From Octopus sinensis (lineage: Eukaryota): a stretch of DNA of 64,000 nucleotides. Numbering within the stretch: position 1 is the stretch's first letter; every line of letters begins with the position of its first letter. The notes under the pieces are model-generated. The model was not told the origin of the DNA. It saw only the letters and a list, made by a program, of their open reading frames with translations, and ran no database searches. Of this stretch, positions 63,771 through 64,000 are shown piece after piece. The stretch spans positions 99,944,001 through 100,008,000 of the forward strand of contig NC_043004.1 of NCBI RefSeq assembly GCF_006345805.1, given 5' to 3'. The position numbers and the translations under genes are program-made.

Positions 63771-64000
63771 AATATGTATTTTTAACATGGTTTCAGTATC
63801 TGAAAGATTCGAAGCAGCGGTCCGTAGTCATATTCTTTGTGATTTTCGAAAAGATGTTTACACCAGCAGTACAACTGTCCTTTATGACGGTACGTAGGTT
63901 TTTTTCTCTGCCCCAAACAATTATATCCAGCCCGTTACGTTTGTATTCGGTAGACGTTTTAAAAGGAATGTTCCACCTGTATTCTGAATATTGATATTTA

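Overview
AT-rich, microsatellite-saturated eukaryotic nuclear DNA. The SINE repertoire looks like octopus (cephalopod); this is from recall, not a database search. I found no confidently identifiable host gene, only a few weak exon candidates, so the window is probably intronic or intergenic. It contains four tRNA-derived SINE families, LINE 3' fragments (CR1, RTE, R4/Dong-like), a full-length decayed DD41D (rosa-type) Tc1/mariner, a mariner 3' end, a hAT transposase relic, two MITEs and a probable gypsy integrase relic. The main discovery is a set of minimal type-I hammerhead ribozyme motifs in Penelope-like terminal-repeat fragments. Three have complete CUGANGA/GAAA cores (28099-28141 +, 28460-28511 -, 45155-45215 -) and a fourth family has a CUGUAGA variant core (28864-28899, with copies near 18594 and 55446). 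Their stems differ in sequence but still pair, and each family has its own palindromic stem III. They sit in (TA)n tracts, often with an inverted antisense copy alongside, and three are nested in one hAT MITE. Also notable is a ~905-bp 21-mer minisatellite that expanded out of a SINE B-box region, with the unexpanded sister copy about 800 bp upstream.
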